Shown here in pieces: positions 1 to 8,586 of a stretch of DNA of 64,000 bases; positions within the stretch are counted from its first letter, which is position 1; each line of letters begins with the position of its first letter. This stretch comes from an uncultured archaeon. Lineage in GTDB: Archaea; Altiarchaeota; Altiarchaeia; JAFGQM01. A model generated the notes under the pieces. It ran no database searches. It saw only the letters and a list, made by a program, of their open reading frames with translations, and had not been told where the DNA came from. The stretch lies in the NCBI GenBank assembly GCA_964619365.1, contig CAZUDQ010000007.1, forward strand, positions 22,179 through 86,178, given 5' to 3'. Position numbers and translations under genes: made by a program.

Positions 1-131
1 AAAGGGTCTTTTACCTTGCATTCTCCATTAGAAAGCCCGGCAAGCATTATTGCCCTGTGTGTACAGCTTTTTGACGGCGGCGCTTTTACTGTGCCGTTTA
101 ATGAGTCTGTAGCTGATATCTCAAGATCCAT
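1..131 (-). CDS. aroA: EPSP synthase (3-phosphoshikimate 1-carboxyvinyltransferase), 5' part, runs off window edge
   Basis: Manual translation MDLEISATDSLNGTVKAPPSKSCTHRAIMLAGLSNGECKVKDP matches the AroA N-terminal L.G.v.aP.SKS..HR motif; not in ORF track. Confidence 0.85.
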   Translation of the reverse strand, partial: MDLEISATDSLNGTVKAPPSKSCTHRAIMLAGLSNGECKVKDP

Positions 132-273
132 TTTAATAAATATTTTAGCCCCAGTTAATTTGAAAAAACATAGAAAAAAGTAAATTATCATAAATCTTAA
201 TGCATGTAAGCTTTTTTATTCTTTACCCACTTAAAATAACAAGCTTATATAATAAATAAATAACACCAATAAA

Positions 274-1065
274 ATGGAAGCATACCCCGGTGACCCGTAC
301 GCATATTATGGCGGCGGCGGAAAAAAGTTCAGTAGTGCAGAAGGAATTCTCCCTCTGATACTCTTGATTGTAGTCGCGTTCTTCGTATTGCAGTTTTTGG
401 GAATAATCCCCTGCGTTGTACCTGTCGGATGCGGCGGTGGAGCAGACGTAATGGTAGTAGGAGTCCCAAGCTCAGATGTAGTGAGAACTCTATCCTCTAA
501 AGAGGCCTCGATGGCGGGGATAAGCTATCCCATTAACTTTGACCCGGATTTCATAACTCCGGAGATGCTTGCAAACTACGATGTTGTAGTTCTTCAAGGT
601 GACCCTGCTTTTGACATGAACACCCGTGAAGCAATAAACGAATATGTTACAAGCGGTGGAAAGCTAGTTGTTGTCGGTGACGCAGGCTCAAAGCACCCAC
701 AGTATCAGAATGTGGCAGGCTGGAGCTGGCCAGCTGGTGATGGAATCCCAGTACCTGTAAAGATTGTAGGTGAATGGGCAGGCTGGAGCGACTGGACTTA
801 TGGTGCAGATATGCTCTGGGCAGATCCAAACCACCCGATTGCACAAGGTCTAAAACAGGTTGGAGCGCACTTTGATACACCAACTCAGGTTCTTAAAGTC
901 ACATCAGACGGTAATGTCATTGCGGCAATTAAGACTAATGAGGGAACAGTTCCGGGTATAATCGAAGGCGGTGGCGGAATGGGTAAAGTTATGTACTTCG
1001 CATACGACCCAGGTACAACACCCGCAATCCTTCTTGGAACAATAAAGTACTTGTCGGGGATTTAA
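274..1065 (+). CDS. Membrane-anchored protein with class I glutamine amidotransferase-like (DUF4350/ThuA-like) domain
   Basis: N-terminal TM helix; YDVVVLQG...AINEYVTSGGKLVVVG pattern; paralog of next gene. Confidence 0.6.
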   Translation: MEAYPGDPYAYYGGGGKKFSSAEGILPLILLIVVAFFVLQFLGIIPCVVPVGCGGGADVMVVGVPSSDVVRTLSSKEASMAGISYPINFDPDFITPEMLANYDVVVLQGDPAFDMNTREAINEYVTSGGKLVVVGDAGSKHPQYQNVAGWSWPAGDGIPVPVKIVGEWAGWSDWTYGADMLWADPNHPIAQGLKQVGAHFDTPTQVLKVTSDGNVIAAIKTNEGTVPGIIEGGGGMGKVMYFAYDPGTTPAILLGTIKYLSGI

Positions 1066-1155
1066 TAATCCCTGCATCTTTTTTTATTTTTTTCTTTTAA
1101 TCTTTTTCTATTGTTTTTATGCTCTCTAGCGATAGCTAATAAAGAGAAAAAGAGG

Positions 1156-2016
1156 ATGGAAATACCAATAATCGCCGCGATTGTAATGTCGATAGCAAGC
1201 CTTGTTGTCTTTGGTATTGGCGAACAGAATTTCATCCTTCCTGAAAATAATGTCATTTCTGAAATAAATCTCGTTATCCCAGAGCCTGAACTCGAACTTG
1301 CTAAGGGGGTCTCAGTAACAATCAGCACAAGCGGAGATGACAGCACGAGTCTTGACTTAAGCGGAGGCAACGGAAGCACGGGGCCTATTGATATTATTGT
1401 AGTGGGGGTTCCCACGGTTTCAGTTGCAGATGCCCTGTCAAACAATGCTACAAAGGAGCGTGGCATACATTATCATGGTTACTTGGCACCAGCCACAATA
1501 ACAGCAAGCCTTCTTGATGATTATGATGTCGTGCTTTTGCAAGGCGACCCGTATTTTGACATGAACGCAAGAACGGCAATCGGCTCTTTTGTAGAAAATG
1601 GCGGAAGCCTGATTGTAACAGAGGATACTGGCTCAAAGCATAAGGAATATAAGAATGTTGCAGGATGGAGCTGGCCTGTCGGAGAAGGAATCCCTGTTCC
1701 TGCAATGATTGTCGGAGAATGGGAAGGCATCTCTGAGATTGCAAACGCATCAGAAATAATGATAAGGGATTATAACCACCCCATTGCAAAAGGAATAAAA
1801 ATAAAGGGAATTGACCTTGGTGGAAACCGCGTGTTTAAGACGGTCCCGCAGGGCTCAGGAGAGGTCATTATGATTGTCAACACAACTGAAGGCTACGTCC
1901 CTGCAGTCATTGCAAGCGGAATGAATGTTGGGGGCGCTGTAGCTTACTTTTCATACGACCCGGGCATCACACCAGGAATACTTCTTAACGCGGTCGAATG
2001 GACAAGAACTCCTTAA
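1156..2016 (+). CDS. Membrane-anchored/secreted GATase1-like domain protein, tandem paralog of 274..1065
   Basis: Shares LQGDPxFDMN, GSKH, NVAGWSWPxGxGIPVP and IVGEW blocks with upstream gene; ATG at 1156 preferred over TTG at 1111. Confidence 0.6.
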   Translation: MEIPIIAAIVMSIASLVVFGIGEQNFILPENNVISEINLVIPEPELELAKGVSVTISTSGDDSTSLDLSGGNGSTGPIDIIVVGVPTVSVADALSNNATKERGIHYHGYLAPATITASLLDDYDVVLLQGDPYFDMNARTAIGSFVENGGSLIVTEDTGSKHKEYKNVAGWSWPVGEGIPVPAMIVGEWEGISEIANASEIMIRDYNHPIAKGIKIKGIDLGGNRVFKTVPQGSGEVIMIVNTTEGYVPAVIASGMNVGGAVAYFSYDPGITPGILLNAVEWTRTP

Positions 2017-2027
2017 TAACTTCTTAA

Positions 2028-3002
2028 ATGGAAAAGGAGCTTATTGTCGGTATTGACCCTGGAACAAGCGTTGGAATATCTGCAATAGATTTAAACGGCG
2101 AGCTTGTAGATGTTTACAGCGCGCGCAATATCGGAATAGATGAAACTGTCCTTAAAATAGCTTCTTGGGGCATGCCCGTTGTTCTTGCAACAGACAAAAA
2201 GGAAATCCCTGCCTATGTGTCTAAACTGGGTTCGATTCTTGGCGTGCAAGTATTTAGTCCGGCCGAAGACCTCTTAGTCGAAAAAAAGCGTGAGCTTGCA
2301 GGAAACCTGACTACAAACGACCACGAACGGGACTCTCTTGCGGCGGCAATCTATGCATTCAATAACTTTCAGAACAAGATGCGAAGGGTGGAAAAGCAAA
2401 TAGAATGTGAGCTTGAAAAAACAAAGGCGCGCGTCTTAAATGGAGAGGAAGTATCAGATATTTTTGAAAGGACTGAAGATTCTGCTTCAAAAGACAGGAC
2501 ATGCGAACTGGAGGCGCAGATAAAATCACTCCAAAAGAAAATAAGGGAGCTTGAGGCTGAGAACCTGCGTCTTCAAAGAAAAAACAAGGGGCCTGATGTA
2601 AAAAGGATTCTAAGGGAAGCTGGGCGTGAGGCTAGAGAACTGATGCGTCTTGTTGCAAAAGGGAAACTTGCGATAGTAAAGGAAGTACCAAGCCTTGAAT
2701 ATTTTGAAATCAAAAACGCAATAGAGCCCAAAACAGGGGACTTTGTCTTTGCAAGAAGTAAGAAATGGGATGGAAATGGTCTAAGGTTCCTCGAGTCCCG
2801 CAGGGTCGGGGCAATAATATCCCAGGAGAAAATAGATTCTTTAATGCCAAACTGCGTTGCAGATGATATTAACATAATACGCTGGGAAGGTCTCTTTTTT
2901 GTTTACCCAGATGACATCAAAAAGGCGTGTGGCAGAAAAAAAGAGGTAAATGCGCGAGATCTCCACGACCTGCTTGTTGACTACAAGAAGGGAAGACGAT
3001 AG
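2028..3002 (+). CDS. DUF460 domain protein (RNase H-like fold plus coiled coil)
   Basis: LIVGIDPGTSVG, VVLATDK, DLLVEKKREL and NDHERDSLAAA motifs of archaeal DUF460. Confidence 0.8.
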   Translation: MEKELIVGIDPGTSVGISAIDLNGELVDVYSARNIGIDETVLKIASWGMPVVLATDKKEIPAYVSKLGSILGVQVFSPAEDLLVEKKRELAGNLTTNDHERDSLAAAIYAFNNFQNKMRRVEKQIECELEKTKARVLNGEEVSDIFERTEDSASKDRTCELEAQIKSLQKKIRELEAENLRLQRKNKGPDVKRILREAGREARELMRLVAKGKLAIVKEVPSLEYFEIKNAIEPKTGDFVFARSKKWDGNGLRFLESRRVGAIISQEKIDSLMPNCVADDINIIRWEGLFFVYPDDIKKACGRKKEVNARDLHDLLVDYKKGRR

Positions 3003-3033
3003 CAGTTCTATTGTTAAACTTTAAGATAAATTC

Positions 3034-3804
3034 TTACAACTCATTAGGCTTAACATATCCCCTGTATATCCTGCCCCCTGGGTGGACCGTTACAACACCT
3101 GGTGCCTTTTTTTTGTTTTTAGCAGTACTGCCACGCAAATGCAGATTGTCAATTATCCCGTCTTCTTTTAGTTTCTTTCCCACTTCACCAATAGACTCAT
3201 ATGCTTTTTTGGATTCTGGCAGCACGAATCCGAACCTGTGAGGCAATGGGTCACCTTTTATCCCCGTCATCTCTATCTTTGCACTTTTGGGGGAAAGCTC
3301 CCTTGCGGCACTTGCCATTTGCAAGATTACTTCATTATGTGGAATATCATGGACCTTGATGGGTTCACCTTTTTTTAGTTTTTCTTTTATTGTCCTTAGC
3401 TTTTCTGCCCGCTCTTCTTTTGGCATCTTTTCCCAGTCTTTAGCGCTCTTTGAAAAAGTATGTACTGCCTGCCTTATTGTCTTACTGCCATTGCCACCTG
3501 TTATGAATCTTTTATAAGCTCCATTATCAATTTTGCCATTAGAGTCAAATAACATAACTTTTATGGGATATACGTGATACAAGAATACTGGCTTGTCCTT
3601 TCTCCTGCTTTTCGCCTGCACAACTACTGATGAACATATCGGCATCTTAGTTGTTGCTAAGGGACGCTTATTAGCTTTCCCGACCATCTCCTCACTTATC
3701 CATCCCGGTTTAGAGAATAACGCTCTTTTTGTCTTTGCTTCAGAGCCCAGGCGAATTTTTGGCTTGAGTTTTCTGCTGACTTTCTTTTTGGGAATCGGAG
3801 ACAT
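3034..3804 (-). CDS. Basic orphan protein with a possible CheD/CNF1-like cysteine deamidase motif
   Basis: 256-aa ORF with K/R-rich leader MSPIPKKK; TxxMxxC...HxxP motif (TTKMPICSSVVV...LYHVYP). Confidence 0.45.
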   Translation of the reverse strand: MSPIPKKKVSRKLKPKIRLGSEAKTKRALFSKPGWISEEMVGKANKRPLATTKMPICSSVVVQAKSRRKDKPVFLYHVYPIKVMLFDSNGKIDNGAYKRFITGGNGSKTIRQAVHTFSKSAKDWEKMPKEERAEKLRTIKEKLKKGEPIKVHDIPHNEVILQMASAARELSPKSAKIEMTGIKGDPLPHRFGFVLPESKKAYESIGEVGKKLKEDGIIDNLHLRGSTAKNKKKAPGVVTVHPGGRIYRGYVKPNEL

Positions 3805-3879
3805 CTTTTACTAATTTACCTGACTTACAGACTAAAACCATTAGGACTAATTTTTTAGTGTCCAAAGCAAATTATTAAT

Positions 3880-5829
3880 GTGAATAAAAAAATCATTGTT
3901 CTGGTTTTTGCAATACTCTTGTTATGTCCCTTTGCACTTGGCAAAAGTTATTCCCTCAAAAGCGCTGATGTAAATTATGATATTCTTCCTGATGGGCGCG
4001 TCCTTGTCAAGCAGACAATAGCCTACGATTTTAACGGTGATTTCTCTTTTGCTTATCTTGATATTCCAAAAGGCTCCTGGCAGATAAAAGATGTTGTGGC
4101 TTATGATGTTTCTGGGCCAAGGAAAAAACTTGTAGTTGATACAAAAGGCGAAGGTGGATATGACAGGATAACCTGGTATTATTCTGCAAACAGCGAACCT
4201 AAGGACTTTGAGATAAGTTACACCCTAACTGGCGCAGTTACAAAATATGATGATGTGGCCGATTTCTACTGGAAGGTTTGGGGTGATGAGTGGGACCATT
4301 CCATTGGCGATCTCCTTGTCTCTGTTAATCTCCCTGGGAAAGTCAATCCAGATGAGCTTTACGCCTGGCGCCATGTTGAAGGTGAACGCTACGCTGATGC
4401 GAAATGGGGTCTCTTAGATGATAACAAGACTTATCTTTTTGAGGTCTTGGGCGTGCAAAGTAATACCTATGTTGAACTCCGACTTGCCATCCCAAGCGAC
4501 ATGATAACTGGAGCTTACGCAATCCAAAAATCGGGAAGCGGACTTAATGCAATAGAAGCACAGGAGGATAGCTTTGAGAAAATTGACGAATTAAACGCAG
4601 AAATATTCTCTGTTATGCTTTTTCTTTTACCGGGAGCCTTCATTCTCCTTTTTGTGGGTATCGCAGTTACTCTTTTAGGCAAGGATGACTCGGCAATTAT
4701 TGTTAGAATAGCTGTTATCGTCTTAATATCTTCCTTTGTCGTCTTTATTTCAACACTTTTCAAACCAGATTATGTCTTAACTGCGATTTTTGTCGCAATT
4801 GAAATAGCTCTTTTTGTAATCTGCAACAGGCGTTTTGTGTCACACTGGAAAACCGAGAACAAAGATATATTTGAGCGTGAGATTCCGGGTGACTATGGTC
4901 CTGCCACGTTAGGTGTCCTTCTCTCCGGATGGGGACGCGCGCCAAACGTCAAATGCATGGCAGCTGACGTTCTTGACATCTGCACGCGCGGCAAGATGAA
5001 GATTGAAAAGACGGGTGAGGGCAAAAAAGATTATAGCTTAAATATAATTAATGAAAGCGGAGCAGGTCTAACGCCCAGTGAGAAGGTTCTTTTCAGGGAA
5101 ATAAACCACGCGGCAAGATTTGGTTGGGAAAAGAATGGCTTTTTTAGCATGACAAAAAAGGTCGCAAGTTCCGACTCAAAAAGCCTCACCTTAAAAGAAT
5201 GGGAGAAATGGCTGAAAAACGACCAAAGTAATGCCCAGTCATTCTTTAACGATTGGAAAGAAGGTGCAAGCAAATATGCTAAGTCCTTAGAACTTATCCC
5301 AAAAGGTTTTAACAAGGCAATAGCTCTTTTTATCGGTATAAGTATCGGACTTCTTTTCCTTGGAATATTTGTTTCCCCTTCATCGGTCTTTGCTATGGCC
5401 GGTACTGCAATAGCCCTGATTTTACTATTCCCTAACGCGCTTGTGACAGAAACTAAAAAGGGTGCAGAAGACAGGACTCGCTGGATGCGCCTAAGAAAGT
5501 TCCTAAAGGAGGCAAGTAACATAAAGAATATGAACGCAGACGCCGTAGTTTTATGGGAAAAATACCTCGTTTACTCAATCCCTCTTGGCGTTGCAGACAA
5601 GGTTGAGCGCACGATGGGCACAGCATTTAAAGAGTATGGAAAGAACCAAGCTTATCCTGGCGTGATATTTGCCGGAAGCGCGGCAAGCTTTGCCTCATCT
5701 TCATCATTTTCAAGCGCAATTTCAGGTTTCTCGACTTCTTTTGCTTCAAGCACAGCTACTGCTGGCGGAGCTGGCATCTCTGGTGGCGGTGGTGGGGGTG
5801 GAGGAGGCGGTGGCGGTGGCGCAGGGTAA
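3880..5829 (+). CDS. DUF2207 family membrane protein
   Basis: Signal peptide, extracellular beta domain (DFYWKVWGDEWDH), TM helices, LWEKYLVYSIPLGV motif, Ser/Gly-rich tail GGGGGGGGGAG. Confidence 0.85.
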   Translation: MNKKIIVLVFAILLLCPFALGKSYSLKSADVNYDILPDGRVLVKQTIAYDFNGDFSFAYLDIPKGSWQIKDVVAYDVSGPRKKLVVDTKGEGGYDRITWYYSANSEPKDFEISYTLTGAVTKYDDVADFYWKVWGDEWDHSIGDLLVSVNLPGKVNPDELYAWRHVEGERYADAKWGLLDDNKTYLFEVLGVQSNTYVELRLAIPSDMITGAYAIQKSGSGLNAIEAQEDSFEKIDELNAEIFSVMLFLLPGAFILLFVGIAVTLLGKDDSAIIVRIAVIVLISSFVVFISTLFKPDYVLTAIFVAIEIALFVICNRRFVSHWKTENKDIFEREIPGDYGPATLGVLLSGWGRAPNVKCMAADVLDICTRGKMKIEKTGEGKKDYSLNIINESGAGLTPSEKVLFREINHAARFGWEKNGFFSMTKKVASSDSKSLTLKEWEKWLKNDQSNAQSFFNDWKEGASKYAKSLELIPKGFNKAIALFIGISIGLLFLGIFVSPSSVFAMAGTAIALILLFPNALVTETKKGAEDRTRWMRLRKFLKEASNIKNMNADAVVLWEKYLVYSIPLGVADKVERTMGTAFKEYGKNQAYPGVIFAGSAASFASSSSFSSAISGFSTSFASSTATAGGAGISGGGGGGGGGGGGGAG

Positions 5830-5862
5830 AGGTTTTAAGCTTTTATCGTGTAAGAATAACTG

Positions 5863-6333
5863 ATGCCAAAGCCTAGAATAACGGTTATGATGAAAAGAGC
5901 TGGAGATAAGCACTATCTTGGAAGTAAAGATATCTCTGGTGAGACCCGCATAGGTAGGAAGATGCATCCAGAAGGTATACACTTGCCGTTTTCACCAATA
6001 GCAGTAACTGGGAAGGAACGCGCCCTTCAAAGAATAAGGAAACTTAAAACAGAGGGACTCCGCAATGAATTTGAGGGACTTACGCCCGAGGATTTAGCAT
6101 TGTATGAGGGGATAAGTAGGCACGCAGGGACCTTTGTTCCCACTGAAAACGGAATCAGATATCATCAAGTTTCAGAAAACCCGTCATCCCATGCAAGGCT
6201 CAATGGAAGCGAGGTCTTGCCGGGCAATCATGTGGATTTGGGGCATGGTGCAATACTCACATTCCATGGGATGAATGGTGAAGAGTTAGCTCACCTGCAG
6301 GTTCATATGCAAAAACCTATGGAAAATAAATAA
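5863..6333 (+). CDS. FHA-domain protein with basic MPKPR leader
   Basis: FHA signatures in order: IGR, ISRHA, RLNG, VDLGHGAILTF. Confidence 0.6.
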   Translation: MPKPRITVMMKRAGDKHYLGSKDISGETRIGRKMHPEGIHLPFSPIAVTGKERALQRIRKLKTEGLRNEFEGLTPEDLALYEGISRHAGTFVPTENGIRYHQVSENPSSHARLNGSEVLPGNHVDLGHGAILTFHGMNGEELAHLQVHMQKPMENK

Positions 6334-6334
6334 G

Positions 6335-7366
6335 ATGCCTATACCCAGAGTTCATATCTCGGCAAAGAGATTTAACGTAAGGCCAGAGTTCAATCGAGCC
6401 TTTGCCACAAGGGAGATAAAACCTGGAGAACGAGTTCCTGTCGGCAAAAGAAAAACTAAGGGCGGCATACATCTGCCGTTTTCAGACAGAGCCGAAGAAT
6501 ATGGTCATTTGCCAGGACAAAGGATGCTTTTACCTGTGGAAAAAGGCAGAACCTATGTGGGAATTGATCCAAAGGTGGGCACGTTTAGAAATTATGGAAA
6601 AGAATTTAGATATACCCAAAATTCAGATAATGCATCTTCGCGTGTTTATCATAACGGAAGAGGGCTTTTAGGGGGTGAGGACATCGCAGTTTCTCACGGC
6701 GACCTCCTTGAATTGCGTGATAAGGAAGGCGGCCCTCTGGTTCAAATGCATGCTGACCTCAAAGAGGAAGGACCCATAGTCACATTTTCAGGATATAAGA
6801 TTACGCCTGGGGAAGAGATTCATGTAAAGGCGCATGATAGTAATTATTTTATTGACAAACATGGCGTATTGCACAGGGGTTTTAAAAAATTCGGCGAGAT
6901 AAGTCATATTGTAAATGTGAGTCCTGAAGAAAAAAGTCAATTAGTCCAGTTTAAAAGACCTGAAGAGATAACTGGAAAGGAAATTAATGAGAAATTCGGG
7001 GTTACGGATATGTTTACGCCCATTATATTTCTAAACCCAAAAGATCCAGAATATAACTTAGGGTGGGAAGAATGGAAAAAGTCCATTTGGGAGCTCAGAC
7101 ATAAGGTTTCGCCATACTTTATGCCAAGAACTATGCTGTCTGCTGAATTCAATGAACTGGCATTAGGGCGGCTTGCGCGCATTACGGTGCCCAAGGGTTC
7201 GACAAACGATTTTGTCCTTATACGCAAAAAGGGGGAAGACGGATTTCAACGATTTTATCGTATAGGTGCTACACCCCCACCCAAGATTGGCAACATAAAG
7301 TTGCCGGATATGCCTGAGGCAAAACTACCTGACTCAAGCAATGTACGTTTACTCGGGGAAAAATAA
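6335..7366 (+). CDS. Degenerate FHA-domain protein plus unknown C-terminal domain; paralog of upstream gene
   Basis: Shares GIHLPFS, GTF, RYxQxSxNxSS, NG and HG blocks with 5863..6333. Confidence 0.5.
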   Translation: MPIPRVHISAKRFNVRPEFNRAFATREIKPGERVPVGKRKTKGGIHLPFSDRAEEYGHLPGQRMLLPVEKGRTYVGIDPKVGTFRNYGKEFRYTQNSDNASSRVYHNGRGLLGGEDIAVSHGDLLELRDKEGGPLVQMHADLKEEGPIVTFSGYKITPGEEIHVKAHDSNYFIDKHGVLHRGFKKFGEISHIVNVSPEEKSQLVQFKRPEEITGKEINEKFGVTDMFTPIIFLNPKDPEYNLGWEEWKKSIWELRHKVSPYFMPRTMLSAEFNELALGRLARITVPKGSTNDFVLIRKKGEDGFQRFYRIGATPPPKIGNIKLPDMPEAKLPDSSNVRLLGEK

Positions 7367-7450
7367 TACTGGACGGATTAACTCCCCTTCTCTTTTTTAG
7401 GAAAGGGCCACTAAATTAAATAACCTTTTAAACGATGACAACAAAATAAA

Positions 7451-7627
7451 ATGACAGTAACAGTAGATAAGGAAAGGTGTGTGGGCTGTGGTGCCTGCGT
7501 AAGCATTTGTCCTGCCGGCGTCTTTGAGATAGTCGATGGCAAGGCCGAAGTAAAGAATCCAGACGCTTGTGTTATGTGCAAGAACTGCGAGAACTCCTGC
7601 CCTGCGGGCGCTATCAAAGTCGAGTAA
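7451..7627 (+). CDS. 2x[4Fe-4S] ferredoxin
   Basis: Manual translation MTVTVDKERCVGCGACVSICPAG...ACVMCKNCENSCPAGAIKVE with two CxxCxxCxxxCP motifs; 58 aa, below ORF-track cutoff. Confidence 0.92.
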   Translation: MTVTVDKERCVGCGACVSICPAGVFEIVDGKAEVKNPDACVMCKNCENSCPAGAIKVE

Positions 7628-7650
7628 AGCGTCTTTTTATTATTTTTAAA

Positions 7651-8028
7651 ATGGACGAAGAAACTTCTAAAGTAGCTGTGGTAGAAACAGTTAGGGATGA
7701 TTCAAAAGAGAAATCAGAAAGGAATTCAAAACCCGACTGGAAGAAGAAACGCCGCCAAATGGATGACAACGTCATTTATGTCGGTAAAAAGCCTGTCATG
7801 AACTATGTAATGGCAGCAATAACACAGCTTAATAAGGGTGAAAAGGAAGTCCATGTAAAGGCAAGAGGTCGAAGCATCAGTAAGGCTGTTGATGTGGTGC
7901 AACTCCTAAAGAACCGCTTTGAATGTGGTGCAGAGATATCGGGAATAGACATTGACACCGAACAAGTTGAAGCTGACGAGGGTGGCAAGATAAACGTTTC
8001 GACAATAGATATTTCGATAAAGAAATAA
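7651..8028 (+). CDS. albA: DNA/RNA-binding protein Alba with N-terminal extension
   Basis: IYVGKKPVMNYV and KARGRSISKAVDV Alba signatures; ATG at 7651. Confidence 0.93.
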   Translation: MDEETSKVAVVETVRDDSKEKSERNSKPDWKKKRRQMDDNVIYVGKKPVMNYVMAAITQLNKGEKEVHVKARGRSISKAVDVVQLLKNRFECGAEISGIDIDTEQVEADEGGKINVSTIDISIKK

Positions 8029-8049
8029 TCTTTTCTTTTTTAAGAGGCA

Positions 8050-8517
8050 ATGCCTTTTCCAATATGTGAAAGTTGTGCTAAGGACTGCGTCCTTTGCGCA
8101 TCCTGTGAAGAAAAAGTACGAAAGGGAGAGGTTTCAGCCCTTGAAGTTCTTCTATCCCAGATTCTTGCCAAACACAAGGCAAAAGGATTTGGCGAAGTGC
8201 GGGATTTTGAAACTCGCCTTGTGATATTTGCAAGTGAAGAAGATGCTCCGGCAATAATCGGGAGAGGGGGTTATGTCGCAAAAGAACTCTCGGACAAACT
8301 AGGGAAAAGAATTATTGTAATCGTTCCTGGTTGGGATTTAAAGACTACGGTGAGTTCTATTGTACGTCCCGCAAATCTTATTGAGATGAAAATAGAGCCT
8401 AGCTGGGAAGGTGAATCTATTTTAAGGTTTATACTCGATAAACATATAGACGAACGGACAAGAAACTTCATATCAGAACTTTGCGGGGGGGCAGAGATTG
8501 ATATCTTACAAAAGTAA
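8050..8517 (+). CDS. Archaeal NusA-like KH-domain protein with N-terminal Zn-binding motif
   Basis: PICESCAKDCVLCASCEEK and KH-like IIGRGG. Confidence 0.7.
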   Translation: MPFPICESCAKDCVLCASCEEKVRKGEVSALEVLLSQILAKHKAKGFGEVRDFETRLVIFASEEDAPAIIGRGGYVAKELSDKLGKRIIVIVPGWDLKTTVSSIVRPANLIEMKIEPSWEGESILRFILDKHIDERTRNFISELCGGAEIDILQK

Positions 8518-8586
8518 AAATACAAAATAATATTTGCCAGTTGCCTGATAACACCCGGCAGACGCCATAACAAAAATCAAACTAAA

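Noticed and set aside
5760-5826. GGC/GGT-rich low-complexity run
   Set aside because: Encodes the standard Gly-rich C-terminus of DUF2207 proteins, not an independent repeat
7567-7650. ORF-track N-terminal extension of Alba (MCYVQEL...)
   Set aside because: Overlaps the real ferredoxin gene in another frame; ATG at 7651 is more plausible
8540-8566. Small hairpin upstream of aspS (and a similar one upstream of pheS near 62402-62425) as anticodon mimics
   Set aside because: Loops do not show the cognate anticodons (GUC, GAA), so a general aaRS-leader system is unsupported
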